From an uncultured delta proteobacterium (GTDB lineage: Bacteria; Desulfobacterota; Desulfuromonadia; Desulfuromonadales; JACZKF01): DNA of 64,000 nt. The notes under the pieces were generated by a model. The model was given only the letters and a program-made list of their open reading frames with translations, searched no databases and was not told where the DNA came from. Within the stretch, counting starts at the first letter, position 1, and every line of letters starts with the position of its first letter. Shown here piece after piece: positions 34,254 through 46,670 of this stretch. A program made the translations under genes and the position numbers. The DNA lies in assembly GCA_963816395.1 (NCBI GenBank), contig CAWFKQ010000009.1, positions 64,001 to 128,000 on the forward strand, in the 5' to 3' direction.

Positions 34254-36119
34254 TTACCCTCGGCGCAGCAGAATGGCGAGAATGGCCACCGCCGCCGGGG
34301 TCACACCTGGAATCCGGGAGGCCTGACCCAGGGTCAGGGGGCAAACTTTTTTCAGCTTCTGTCTGCACCTCGGTGGACAAACCGGCTATTTCGTCGTATT
34401 CAAAACCTGGCGGGGATCATTTGTGATTCAGTGCGCCGGAAACGATCAATCTCCTCCTGCTGGCGACGGATGTAACCCTCGTATTTCACGCCGATTTCCA
34501 ATTGGTGCCGGACCTCAGGGGGAAGTGTTGCCAGAATGGGGGCAATAAAGAGCAGGTCCTCCATACGGATTTCCGGCCTGCGCAGGAGCATCTTCCAGTG
34601 AGGCGCCACTGTGCAGGTCCTTCACCGGCAACCGGGCGAGGGCCTCCTGGTCTTTTGATCCTATCCTTATTTTCCGCAGATACTCCTTTCCGCGGCCGAG
34701 GTCCTCCATTTTTCCGCAGAAGCGACGCCAGCGCTCTTCTCCGACTAAGACCTATTCTGCCGGCCAAGACCGGTAAGCCGCTGATCGGCGTTATCTTCCC
34801 GTAGCAGCAGACGGTATTCGGCACGGGAGGTGAACATCCGGTACGGCTCCTGCGTTCCCAAATTGACCAGGTCATCAATCAGCACCCCGGCATACCCCTG
34901 GTCGCGACCTATTACCACCGGATCTTGCCCTTGCACCTTCCGGGCAGCGTTGATTCCGGCTATCAACCCCTGTGCCGCAGCTTCCTCGTAGCCGGAGGTG
35001 CCATTAATCTGACCGGCATGGAAAAGTCCGCGAATCGACCTTGGTTTCCAGGGTCGGGAGGAGTTGGATAGGATCGACGTAATCGTATTCGATGGCGTAT
35101 CCTGGACGCATAATCTCCGCCCGTTCCAGCCCGGAAATCGAGCGCAAAAACGCTAACTGGATATCAGGAGGAAGGGAGGTAGAGATGCCGTTTGGATAGA
35201 TTTCTGCCGTATCCAGCCCTTCCGGCTCGAGAAAGATCTGGTGCCGTTCCTTGTCGGGAAATCGTACTACCTTATCCTCGATTGAAGGGCAGTAGCGAGG
35301 CCCCACCCCTTCTATCACCCCACCGTACAAGGGGGAGCGGTCCAGGCCGCCGCGGATGATCGCATGGGTTTGGGGGTTTGACCAGGTGATATGACAGGGA
35401 ACCTGCTGTCCGGTGATCCGGTCGGTATCAAATGAAAAGGGGAGGGGAGGGTCATCGCCGCGCTGCTCCTCCAGGAGGGAAAAATTGATACTGCGGCGGT
35501 CCAGACGGGGGGGGGTTCCCGTTTTTAGGCGACCCACCGTAATCCCCAGGGAACGCAGATAGTCAGAGAGACCCACGGCCGGCAATTCCCCGGCTCGACC
35601 CCCTGGATAGTGGTTAAGGCCGATATGAATCAGGCCACCAAGGAAAGTGCCGGTGGTAAGAATCACCGTTTCGCCGTGAAAAGCTATCCCCTCCCGGGTC
35701 TCTACCCCCAGAACAGCATCTCCGGTAAGCAATAGTTTCTGTACCGAACCCTGCTTGAGGTCCAGACCAGCGGTATTTTCAACCACCTTCTTCATCCGTG
35801 CGGCATACGCGCGGCGATCCGCCTGGGCACGCGAAGCGCGCACTGCCGGCCCCTTGCGGGTATTGAGAAGGCGGAACTGGATGCCGGTGGCATCAATATT
35901 CCTGGCCATCTCCCCACCCAGGGCATCGATCTCCTTCACCAGGTGACCCTTAGCCAAACCACCGATCGCCGGGTTACAGGACATCTGGGCTATCCCGTCG
36001 AGATGCAGAGTGAGAAGCAGCGTGCGGCATCCCATACGAGCCGACGCCAGAGCTGCCTCACAACCCGCGTGGCCGGCACCGACCACAATTACCTGATACG
36101 CTTTTTCGTGCCTGAACAT
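34254..36119 (-). CDS. mnmG: tRNA uridine-5-carboxymethylaminomethyl(34) synthesis enzyme, several frameshifts in the 3' half
   Basis: [61 protein letters not shown]. Confidence 0.95.
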
Positions 36120-36149
36120 TTCGTCCTCAAACCTTCTGCCTACTCAGGA

Positions 36150-36165
36150 TGTTTCACGTGAAACA
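36150..36165. promoter_or_regulatory. parS centromere site
   Basis: Perfect palindrome TGTTTCACGTGAAACA in the mnmE-mnmG spacer. Confidence 0.95.
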
Positions 36166-36174
36166 GAGTATCAT

Positions 36175-37551
36175 TTACCGATACAGAATCTGGAGAAAAT
36201 TTTCTCCAAGATCTCCTCTGGAGTGGTTTCCCCGGTAATTTCTCCGAGCGCCTTCAAGGCGCAGCGCAGTTCGAGGGCAAGGAACTCGGGAGATACCCCT
36301 GCTGCAAGTGCGCTCGAAAAAGGCTTGAAGACTCTCCTGGGTGCGAACCAGGGCCTGAAAATGACGGCGATCGGACACGAGGATGGATTCGATGAGGTTT
36401 CCCTCTATCCCCGCCAAGAACAAGATCGCCTATCGCCTGCTGAAGGTCACCAATCCCCTCAGAGGTCAACGCAGAGACGGTTACCCTGGGTAACTGTTTG
36501 AATTTCTCCGGGAGCGGTGAATGGGGCAGATCCCCTTTATTGACAACCAGAATAAGGCGTGAGCCGCGGCAGGCTTCGAGGGCGAGAAAATCATCATGGT
36601 CCACGCCCCAATGACCGTCGACGACCAGAAGAACCAGGTCGGCTGCACCGATTTTGGCTCGGGCCCGCCGCACGCCTTCTGCCTCAATGGGTTCCTGGGT
36701 TTCCCGGATACCGGCGGAGTCGATCAACCGCAGAGGGAATTCCACACAGGTTTAGACTTTCCTCGATGGTATCGCGAGTGGTTCCCGGGACAGGGGTAAC
36801 AATGGCGCGGGTTTCACCGAGAAGGGCATTCATCAGGGAACTCTTGCCGACATTGGGCTTCCCGACGATCAACACGGCCATACCTTCCCTGAGGGTTCTC
36901 CCGGCGTCGAATGAAGTCAGCATACCGGCGATCTCAGAGGAAATACTACCGGCAGCCTGGGCCAGCATATCGCGGCTGGCGGTTTCTATCTCTTCCTCCG
37001 GAAAATCGATATGGGCTTCAACCTCAGCCAGAAGGTCGATTATTCGGGAGCGAAACCGGTGAACAGCCTGGGACAGTCGTCCCTCGAGCTGTTGTAGTGC
37101 AACCTGGCGGGATGCATCGGAGGCAGAGCGAATAAGATCAATGACGGCTTCGGCCCGGGCTCAGATCAAGACGGCCATTCAAGAAGGCGCGCAGGGTGAA
37201 TTCCCCAGGGCGGGCAAGACGAGCTCCGGATTGTATAAATAGGTCGAGAAGCCGGCGAATGACTTGGGGGCCGCCATGGCAATGCACTTCCGCGACATCT
37301 TCCCGGGTGTAAGAGCGGGGGGAGCGCATCAGGACCGCCATCACCTCATCGACCGGCTCACCGGAGGCGGAAACAGCCCAGCCATGATAGAGACGGTGGG
37401 ACTCTAGTGCACCGATATTACCAGTCGCGACAAAAAGCCCAAGGAGAAATTCTTCGGCCCGCGGGCCCGAGAGCCGAATAATCCCGATACCTCCCTCTCC
37501 CGGGGCAGTGGCGGGAGCAACAATAGTATCCTGTCGATTAACTTCGATCAT
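36175..37551 (-). CDS. mnmE: tRNA modification GTPase, several frameshifts
   Basis: [60 protein letters not shown]. Confidence 0.95.
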
Positions 37552-37591
37552 TTTTTGCCAGGGGCGGTGGACGACACAGTCCCGGCCGTTC

Positions 37592-39207
37592 TTACTTGTT
37601 CCGGTTGATGTAAAACTGCTGTCCAATGGTCAGCAGGTTGTTTACCAGCCAGTAAATGACCAGGCCAGAGGGAAAATTGAGAAACATAAAAGTAAAAACA
37701 ACAGGCATCAGCATGAAAAGTTTGGCTTGGGTGGGATCCATGGTGCTGGGAGTCATTTTCTGCTGAATGAACATGGTGGCCCCCATAATAATAGGGGTGA
37801 TATAGTAAGGATCTTTGGCGGATAAGTCGGTTATCCAAGAAATAGAACGGAGCGTGCCGCAGTTCGATGGAATTGAGCAGAACCTTGTACAGTGCAAAAA
37901 ATACCGGAATCTGGATCACCATCGGCAAGCACCCGCCGAGCGGGATTGACCCGATGTTTTTTATACAGTTCCATAATCTCCCGGTTCAGCCGCTCTCGAT
38001 CACTCTTGAATCTCTCCCGAAGCTTTTGCATTTCTGGCTGCAGTTTCTGCATGTTCTTCATCGAAGTATAACTTTTCTGAGTTAGTGGCCAGAAAAGCAG
38101 CTTGATGATCACTGTCAGAAGGATAATCGCGAGACCATAATTGCCGAGAAAATTATAGAAAAATTTAAGAACATGCAGCAGGGGCCTGGCAATGGGCGAA
38201 AAAAAGCCGAAATCAACTGCTTCGGACAGTTGATGGTCAACATCTTTAAGAATGTCAAGCTCACGCGGCCCAAAATAAAGCAGATAATTGAATTGGGCTT
38301 CTTCACCAACCGCCAAGGACCGATCAGGGGATTCCAGTATATTCAGGACTGAACCGTCAGATTTTTGAATCTGGGCTTTTTCGGCTGAATTCTCAAGGGG
38401 AACGATGGCAGCTAGAAAATATTTATTTCCGAAACCGGTCCAGACCAGATCCTGGCTATAGACTTTTGGGTTGCTCACCTATCTTGGCAATCGCATCCTT
38501 TTCGACTTTTCCCCCGACAAGTGTCGAGGCACCGACAAAGTCGTATCTGTCCCCTTTATCCCCTGCAGCCGAGGGGTTGAACAAGGGCAAGAGCGATGGA
38601 ACCCTTTCTGCGTGGCGTTGCCGCGGTTGCTGACCTGTATTTGCAGGTTAAAGGCGTAGCTGTCGCCGTGAAAAGTGTAAACCTTGCTCACAACCAGGCC
38701 CGAAGGAAGCGTAGTGGTAAAGGTTAGGTTGCGCTCCTGCCCATCGCCGACTTCAATCAGGTCGCCGGCAGGGGCGGCATAATAGGCATCTGCGGGTAAT
38801 TCGAAACCTTGCTCGCCCATGGTACGGAGGGTGGCATAACGCTCTGGAGCAGGGGCGACCAGATTAACCGCAGGGCCACCGCCAGGGGAGCTCCGATATT
38901 TTTTCAATTCAAAACTTTCCAGCCGGCCTCCTATATTAGTGAAGACCGCACGGAACAGCGTATTTTCAACGACAATGTTTCGCTCCACACCACTTGCCCC
39001 AGCGGGCGCGACAGGGGGAACGGCAGGCGACAGGGCCTTCTCCGACTCCGCAGGGCTGGTAGATTTGATAGCCTCAGGGGTTTGAGCATTATTCTGCCCG
39101 CTTGGCGGCGCCGGAAGATTCTCCCGCTGATGGGGGAAAAGAAAAGTGAAACCGAGCCAGACCACCAACATGAGAGCAAGGGCGATAACAGTATTTTTGT
39201 TTTCCAT
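37592..39207 (-). CDS. yidC: Membrane protein insertase, several frameshifts
   Basis: [59 protein letters not shown]. Confidence 0.95.
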
Positions 39208-39232
39208 CTACAGCTCCGGTTTAGTTTTTCTG

Positions 39233-39445
39233 CTACCGGACAGGATCGTACCCTCCGGGATGAAAGGGATGGCAGCGGCAAAGCCTGCCAAGAGCCATGA
39301 GAGATCCAGTCATAACCCCATGTCGCTCTATGGCTTCTCGGGCATAGCTGGAGCAGGTGGGATAAAAGCGGCAGGTTGGGATTTTAAGGGGAGAAATTAG
39401 ACGCTGATAAACAATGATAAGGAAGATAAAGACCTTTTTGATCAT
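39233..39445 (-). CDS. yidD: Membrane protein insertion efficiency factor
   Basis: [29 protein letters not shown]. Confidence 0.95.
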   Translation of the reverse strand: MIKKVFIFLIIVYQRLISPLKIPTCRFYPTCSSYAREAIERHGVMTGSLMALGRLCRCHPFHPGGYDPVR

Positions 39446-39800
39446 GTGGTGCCCGGTCCGCACGAGATTAGAATAGGGGTCAGTTCATCGCTGACCTGCT
39501 GCAAATTAAGCGCTGGCGAACCTCTTTTGGCTATAATGGAGATTTCGACTGGAAGGTTGATTCTCTGGCGATTAAGGCGGAAAAATTCTCTTACCAACCG
39601 CTTAACCCTGTTTCGTTTAACGGCATTTCCGACTTTGCGGCTGACCGTTATACCCACCCGCGACATCCATTGTCGCTGTGTACAACAACATAGACGATGA
39701 AGTGAGCAGTATGGATTTTACGCCCAGATTCCCGAAGGCGGCGGAATTCTTCAGATTTCAGCAGCCGAAAGTCGGAAGGAAAAATATTTCCGCCGCACAC
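39442..39800 (-). CDS. rnpA: Ribonuclease P protein component, one frameshift near 39670
   Basis: FP...RLLK..EF (manual translation), then [21 protein letters not shown]. Confidence 0.92.
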
Positions 39801-39811
39801 GGAGGTGCCGA

Positions 39812-39961
39812 TTACTTATTGGGTATGGTTACGATCAGGTTCTTCCGCCCTTTGGCCCGCCGGCGCTTCAGCACAGCCTGCCCGTTCTTGGTCTGCATCC
39901 GGCTGCGGAATCCATGCGTTCTCTTCCGTCGAATCTTACTGGGTTGATACGTTCTTTTCAT
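39812..39961 (-). CDS. rpmH: 50S ribosomal protein L34 (absent from the ORF track)
   Basis: [49 protein letters not shown]. Confidence 0.98.
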   Translation of the reverse strand: MKRTYQPSKIRRKRTHGFRSRMQTKNGQAVLKRRRAKGRKNLIVTIPNK

Positions 39962-40107
39962 GATCTGAGAAACTCCCGTTTCATATTGACGCTGATTTGA
40001 GAAAGGGTACTATTAATCACATTTTTTTTTGGTTGTCAAGACCGAAAAAGATCTCGGGCACTCCCTACCCTCTCCCTGCAGGGAGAGGATCCAAATCTAA
40101 AAATCTC

Positions 40108-40229
40108 TTGCAAATCCTGCCTGGCTCTGTTAGTTTAGACCACTGCTGCATCCCCCAGCCCGGGGATGGAAGGCCGCATAAATAAAGGTTTAAATAATTA
40201 TCCACACCTGTTAACAACTCTGTGGATAT
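40108..40229 (+). promoter_or_regulatory. dnaA promoter with downstream DnaA boxes
   Basis: TTGCAA-N17-TAGTTT (40108-40136); TTATCCACA 40198-40206; TGTGGATAT 40221-40229. Confidence 0.75.
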
Positions 40230-40293
40230 TTTATTTTATGGTGCCTTTTCCCCATCAGACTAAGAACCACTTTTCTTTCTTCCTATTACACCA

Positions 40294-41652
40294 ATGAACC
40301 GACTCTGGCAGGAAACTCTGGCTCACCTGGAGCAGATATTGAGCCCCCAGCACTTTGCCACTTGGGTACGCCCTATCCGATTGGTTAGTCTGGAAAAGGA
40401 CTTGGTGCGCCTAGAGGTTCCTAACCGTTTTATTCATGACTGGATCCGTGATAACTACTTAGGTCTTATTCGGGAAACCCTCTCCCGGATCGGTGCGGTC
40501 GCCTACCGCGTTCAGTTGAATATAGGTTCCCGTCAGACGGAAAAAGACCAACTGCCCCGATCCGAACCAGCTCCCAATCACCTACCCCCGCGACAAAAGC
40601 AAAAGAAGCACAGCCGAGAGAGTGGAACAATGTCGGCAACCTTAACATTAAATACGTTTTCGAAGAATTCGTCTCCGGATCCTCCAATCAGTTCGCTTTC
40701 GCGGCCGCAATGGCAGTAGCCAACAATCCGGCAACTACTTATAATCCCCTTTTCATCTACGGGGGCGTTGGCCTTGGGAAAACCCATCTTATTAACGCTA
40801 TTGGCAACGTGATTTTGCAGAAAAATCCGATGATGAAGGTATGTTACTATACATCGGAAAAATTTATGAATGAGCTTATCAATTCCTTGCGTTATGCAAA
40901 AATGGACGAATTTCGTAATAAATTTCGTTCCATGGACGTACTTCTAATTGACGATGTTCAATTTATTGCCGGAAAAGAAAGAACCCAGGAAGAGTTTTTT
41001 CACACATTCAATGCCCTTTATGAATCACATAAGCAGATCGTAGTCACCTCGGATAAATTTCCAAAAGAGATTCCGGGGCTTGAAGAACGTCTTCGATCGC
41101 GTTTCGAGTGGGGCTTGATAGCAGATATTCAGCCTCCTGATGTGGAAACCAAACAGGCCATTCTTAAATTGAAGGCGGAACAAAATGGGATGCTTCTTCC
41201 GGAGGATGTGGCGCTTTTCCTTGCCACCGCCGTTACTAGTAACATTCGTGAGCTAGAGGGATATCTGGTGCGCATAGGGGCCTATGCCAGTCTTACATCA
41301 ACCCCTATTTCCCTAAACATGGCCCGTGAAGTTCTAAAAGATATTCTGGTGGAAAAGACCAGGGAAATATCGGTAGAGGATATTCAAAAAACGGTTGGAG
41401 CACACTATAACGTCAAAGATATCCGACCTTAAATCCCCAAAGCGTCTCAAGGCGCTGGTTCTTCCGCGTCAAGTGGCGATGTACCTCGCCCGCCAAATGA
41501 CTTCCTCCTCCTATCCGGAGCTCGGTGATCGTTTCGGCGGGAAGGATCATTCCACAATTATCCATGCTATTAAAAAAATAGAGAAAAAAATGGAGGAGGA
41601 TTATCAACTCCGTTCCACCATCGACACCATCAGGAACGCCATCCTGAGTTAA
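40294..41652 (+). CDS. dnaA: Chromosomal replication initiator DnaA, two frameshifts (near 40575 and 41415)
   Basis: [49 protein letters not shown]. Confidence 0.98.
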
Positions 41653-41898
41653 CCCAGACCAACCGCCATTCCCTGTGGATGGTCCGGGAAAAAACCTGGG
41701 TGATACCCGGGGCAAAGCCATATAGGTGGTCAAATAATCAACCTCTGTCAACATCGAAGGAACCTTTTCGTCCACAGGCTAAGAGCAGGGGAAGAGGCAC
41801 TAAACCCTTCCCATCAACATATCCACAGGCATATATTACTACTATCTGAAAGAGCTTAAAACCATAATAGAAGATAGTATCTGTGAACAGGAGGACCC
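41653..41898. other. oriC: dnaA-dnaN spacer with DnaA boxes and DnaA-trios
   Basis: TGTGGATGG 41674, TCGTCCACA 41768, overlapping CCATCAACA/ATATCCACA 41811-41827, then GGCA and TATTACTACTAT; gene orientation switches near here. Confidence 0.85.
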
Positions 41899-43020
41899 AT
41901 GCAGTTCACAATCGAAAAAGAAGTTTTCCTTAAGGGCCTCGCCAGAGTCCAGGGGGTTGTCGAAAAGCGCAACACCATTCCCATTCTCTCTAATGTTCTT
42001 ATCGAAGCCGATGGTGGCGGGGAAATTTTCCTGACAGCTACCGATCTGGAGGTGGGGATGAAATCTTCATTTCCGGCGACAGTGACATCCTCCGGTAGAA
42101 TTACAGTATCAGCTAAAAAAATATATGAAATAATAAAAGAACTTCCAGAGAAAGAGGTTTCTTTCAAAGCGAGGGAAAATTGTTGGATTGAAATCCGTTG
42201 CGGAAAGGCAGTTTTTAACATTGTGGGACTTTCAGCAGAAGAATTCCCGCATTTTCCCACTCCTAAAAAAGAACAATTCGTAGACATTTCCAGTGCAGCA
42301 ATCAGGGAGATGATTGAAAAAACATCTTTTTCCATGTCAACGGATGAAAGTAAATACAATCTAAACGGCATCTATTTCAAAGCTGTCCAAGATAACGGAA
42401 CAGAGATGCTGCGTTTAGTGGCTACCGATGGCCACCGACTATCTCTTATACAAAAGGTATTACCCGCCTCAAGAGTACCAGAGTTGCAAAAAGGAGTTAT
42501 TTTCCCCCGCAAGGGCATTTTCGAATTGAAAAAAATAGCGGAAGAGGGAGAAGGGGATCTGCAACTTGGCTTCATGGACAATAATGCGGTGGTTATTAAG
42601 GAACAGACCGTGGTAATGATGCGGCTGGTCGATGGAGAGTTTCCCGACTACACCCGGGTTATTCCCAAAGACAACGAATATGTGGCCCTTATACCCAAGG
42701 ATCCTTTTTTTCATGCTCTGCGACGAATGTCCATTGTTTCAAGCGAAAAGTCACGGGGGGTTAAAATACTTCTAAAAAATAACCTTCTCGAACTGTTTTC
42801 CTCCAACCCCGAGTTGGGCGACGCCAGGGAGGACTTTGAGGTAGATTATCAGGGGCCGGAAATATCCATCGGCTTTAATGCCCGCTATCTGATAGACATT
42901 CTCCAAGGGCAAGATGATCTGCAGGTACGCTTCATGATCAGAGACAATCTTTCTCCTGGTCTGATACGTCCATCGAAGGGGGAGAATTTCCTTGCGGTAA
43001 TTATGCCGATGCGTCTCTGA
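41899..43020 (+). CDS. dnaN: DNA polymerase III beta clamp
   Basis: PILSNVL, ATDLE, VATDGHRL, GEFPDY, VIMPMRL. Confidence 0.98.
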   Translation: MQFTIEKEVFLKGLARVQGVVEKRNTIPILSNVLIEADGGGEIFLTATDLEVGMKSSFPATVTSSGRITVSAKKIYEIIKELPEKEVSFKARENCWIEIRCGKAVFNIVGLSAEEFPHFPTPKKEQFVDISSAAIREMIEKTSFSMSTDESKYNLNGIYFKAVQDNGTEMLRLVATDGHRLSLIQKVLPASRVPELQKGVIFPRKGIFELKKIAEEGEGDLQLGFMDNNAVVIKEQTVVMMRLVDGEFPDYTRVIPKDNEYVALIPKDPFFHALRRMSIVSSEKSRGVKILLKNNLLELFSSNPELGDAREDFEVDYQGPEISIGFNARYLIDILQGQDDLQVRFMIRDNLSPGLIRPSKGENFLAVIMPMRL

Positions 43021-43083
43021 TGAAAAGATGGAGAAGAGTCGATTAAAGTTTCATACCGCCTATAGCCTTCGGCACCCTTGAAA

Positions 43084-44182
43084 ATGGAAATATCCCGCCT
43101 GGTGCTGCGTCATTTCCGGAACCTTGAGCAGATTGATCTTGTTCCTGATTCGGGGTTCAATATCTTTTGGGGCGACAATGCACAGGGTAAAACCAATCTT
43201 CTGGAAGGGATTTACCTTCTTGGGAGTATGAAGAGTTTTCGTGGGGCACGAAATGAAGAGTTGGTTCGGCATGGATCCGGTGCATGCCGTCTGAGCGCGG
43301 AAGTAAATACCCGTGGGCAGCACCCGGCGAATAGAAATGAGCATTGCCGGTAGAGGCAAAACAGCCCGGGTAGATGGGAAGGATGCTCGGCGGCCAGGCG
43401 ATTTTTTCGGTCATCTGCGGCCGGTAATTTTTTCTCCTGAAGAAATAAACCTGGTGAGGGGAGCGCCGGCTGGGCGCCGGGCGCTACTTGATCGCGCGCT
43501 TTTCCAGTCTGATGTGAACTTTCTGGAACACGCTCGGGCCTATGACCGCCACTTACGACAGCGCAACCGCTTGCTGCGGGAAGAAGCCGGCGATCGTGAG
43601 TTGGCTCCCTGGACCGAAGGATTTATCCGCAGCGGCGCTCGCCTGCGCCTGGAGCGCTTTCGTTATATCCAGCGTCTGCGCCCTTTTTTAAGAGAGGCTT
43701 ATTCTCACATCGCCGGCGCAACGGAGGAGGCGGAGGTCATCTATGCGAACGGGAGTGGTGATGAGGACATGCTTATCGAGACACTGGCTCAGGAAGTGGC
43801 CGGAGTTGCCAACCGGGAACGAAGAATGGGGCAGTCCCTGGCCGGACCTCACCGCGATGACCCGGAATTCCAGATAGACTCTTTACCCGTGCGTACTTAC
43901 GGATCACAAGGACAGCAGAGATCGTTCTTACTGGCTTTTAAAACTGCCCAAATCAGAGATTTGGAGGAGACTACCGGTGAGGCGCCGGTGCTTCTGCTGG
44001 ATGATATGACCAGTGAACTGGATCGGGGAAGACAGGAATTATTTTTCCGTTATCTACTGGCGCGAGAGGGGCAGGTTTTCATTACGACAACTGATTGTCG
44101 AACCCTCTACGAGCAAGGATTTTCCCAGGCGCGATATCTTCGCGTTAACAAGGGACGCCTGGAAAACGACAGCCAAAGGTGA
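43084..44182 (+). CDS. recF: DNA replication and repair protein RecF, one frameshift near 43315
   Basis: [34 protein letters not shown]. Confidence 0.96.
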
Positions 44183-44189
44183 TAATGAA

Positions 44190-46576
<2,387 letters not shown>

Positions 46577-46579
46577 TAA

Positions 46580-46653
46580 GCAGGCACAGAAGGCAAGAGA
46601 CAGGGGCTGAGAGGGTTTCCTCGTGCCTGCTTCTAGACTTGCCTTTGGCCTGG
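46580..46653. repeat. 7-bp-periodic inverted repeat in the gyrB-gyrA spacer
   Basis: AGGCACAG A AGGCAAG AGACAGG GGCTGAG ... CCTCGTG CCTG ... CTTGCCT TTGGCCT. Confidence 0.5.
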
Positions 46654-46670
46654 TTTCCGGAGGAAACCGC

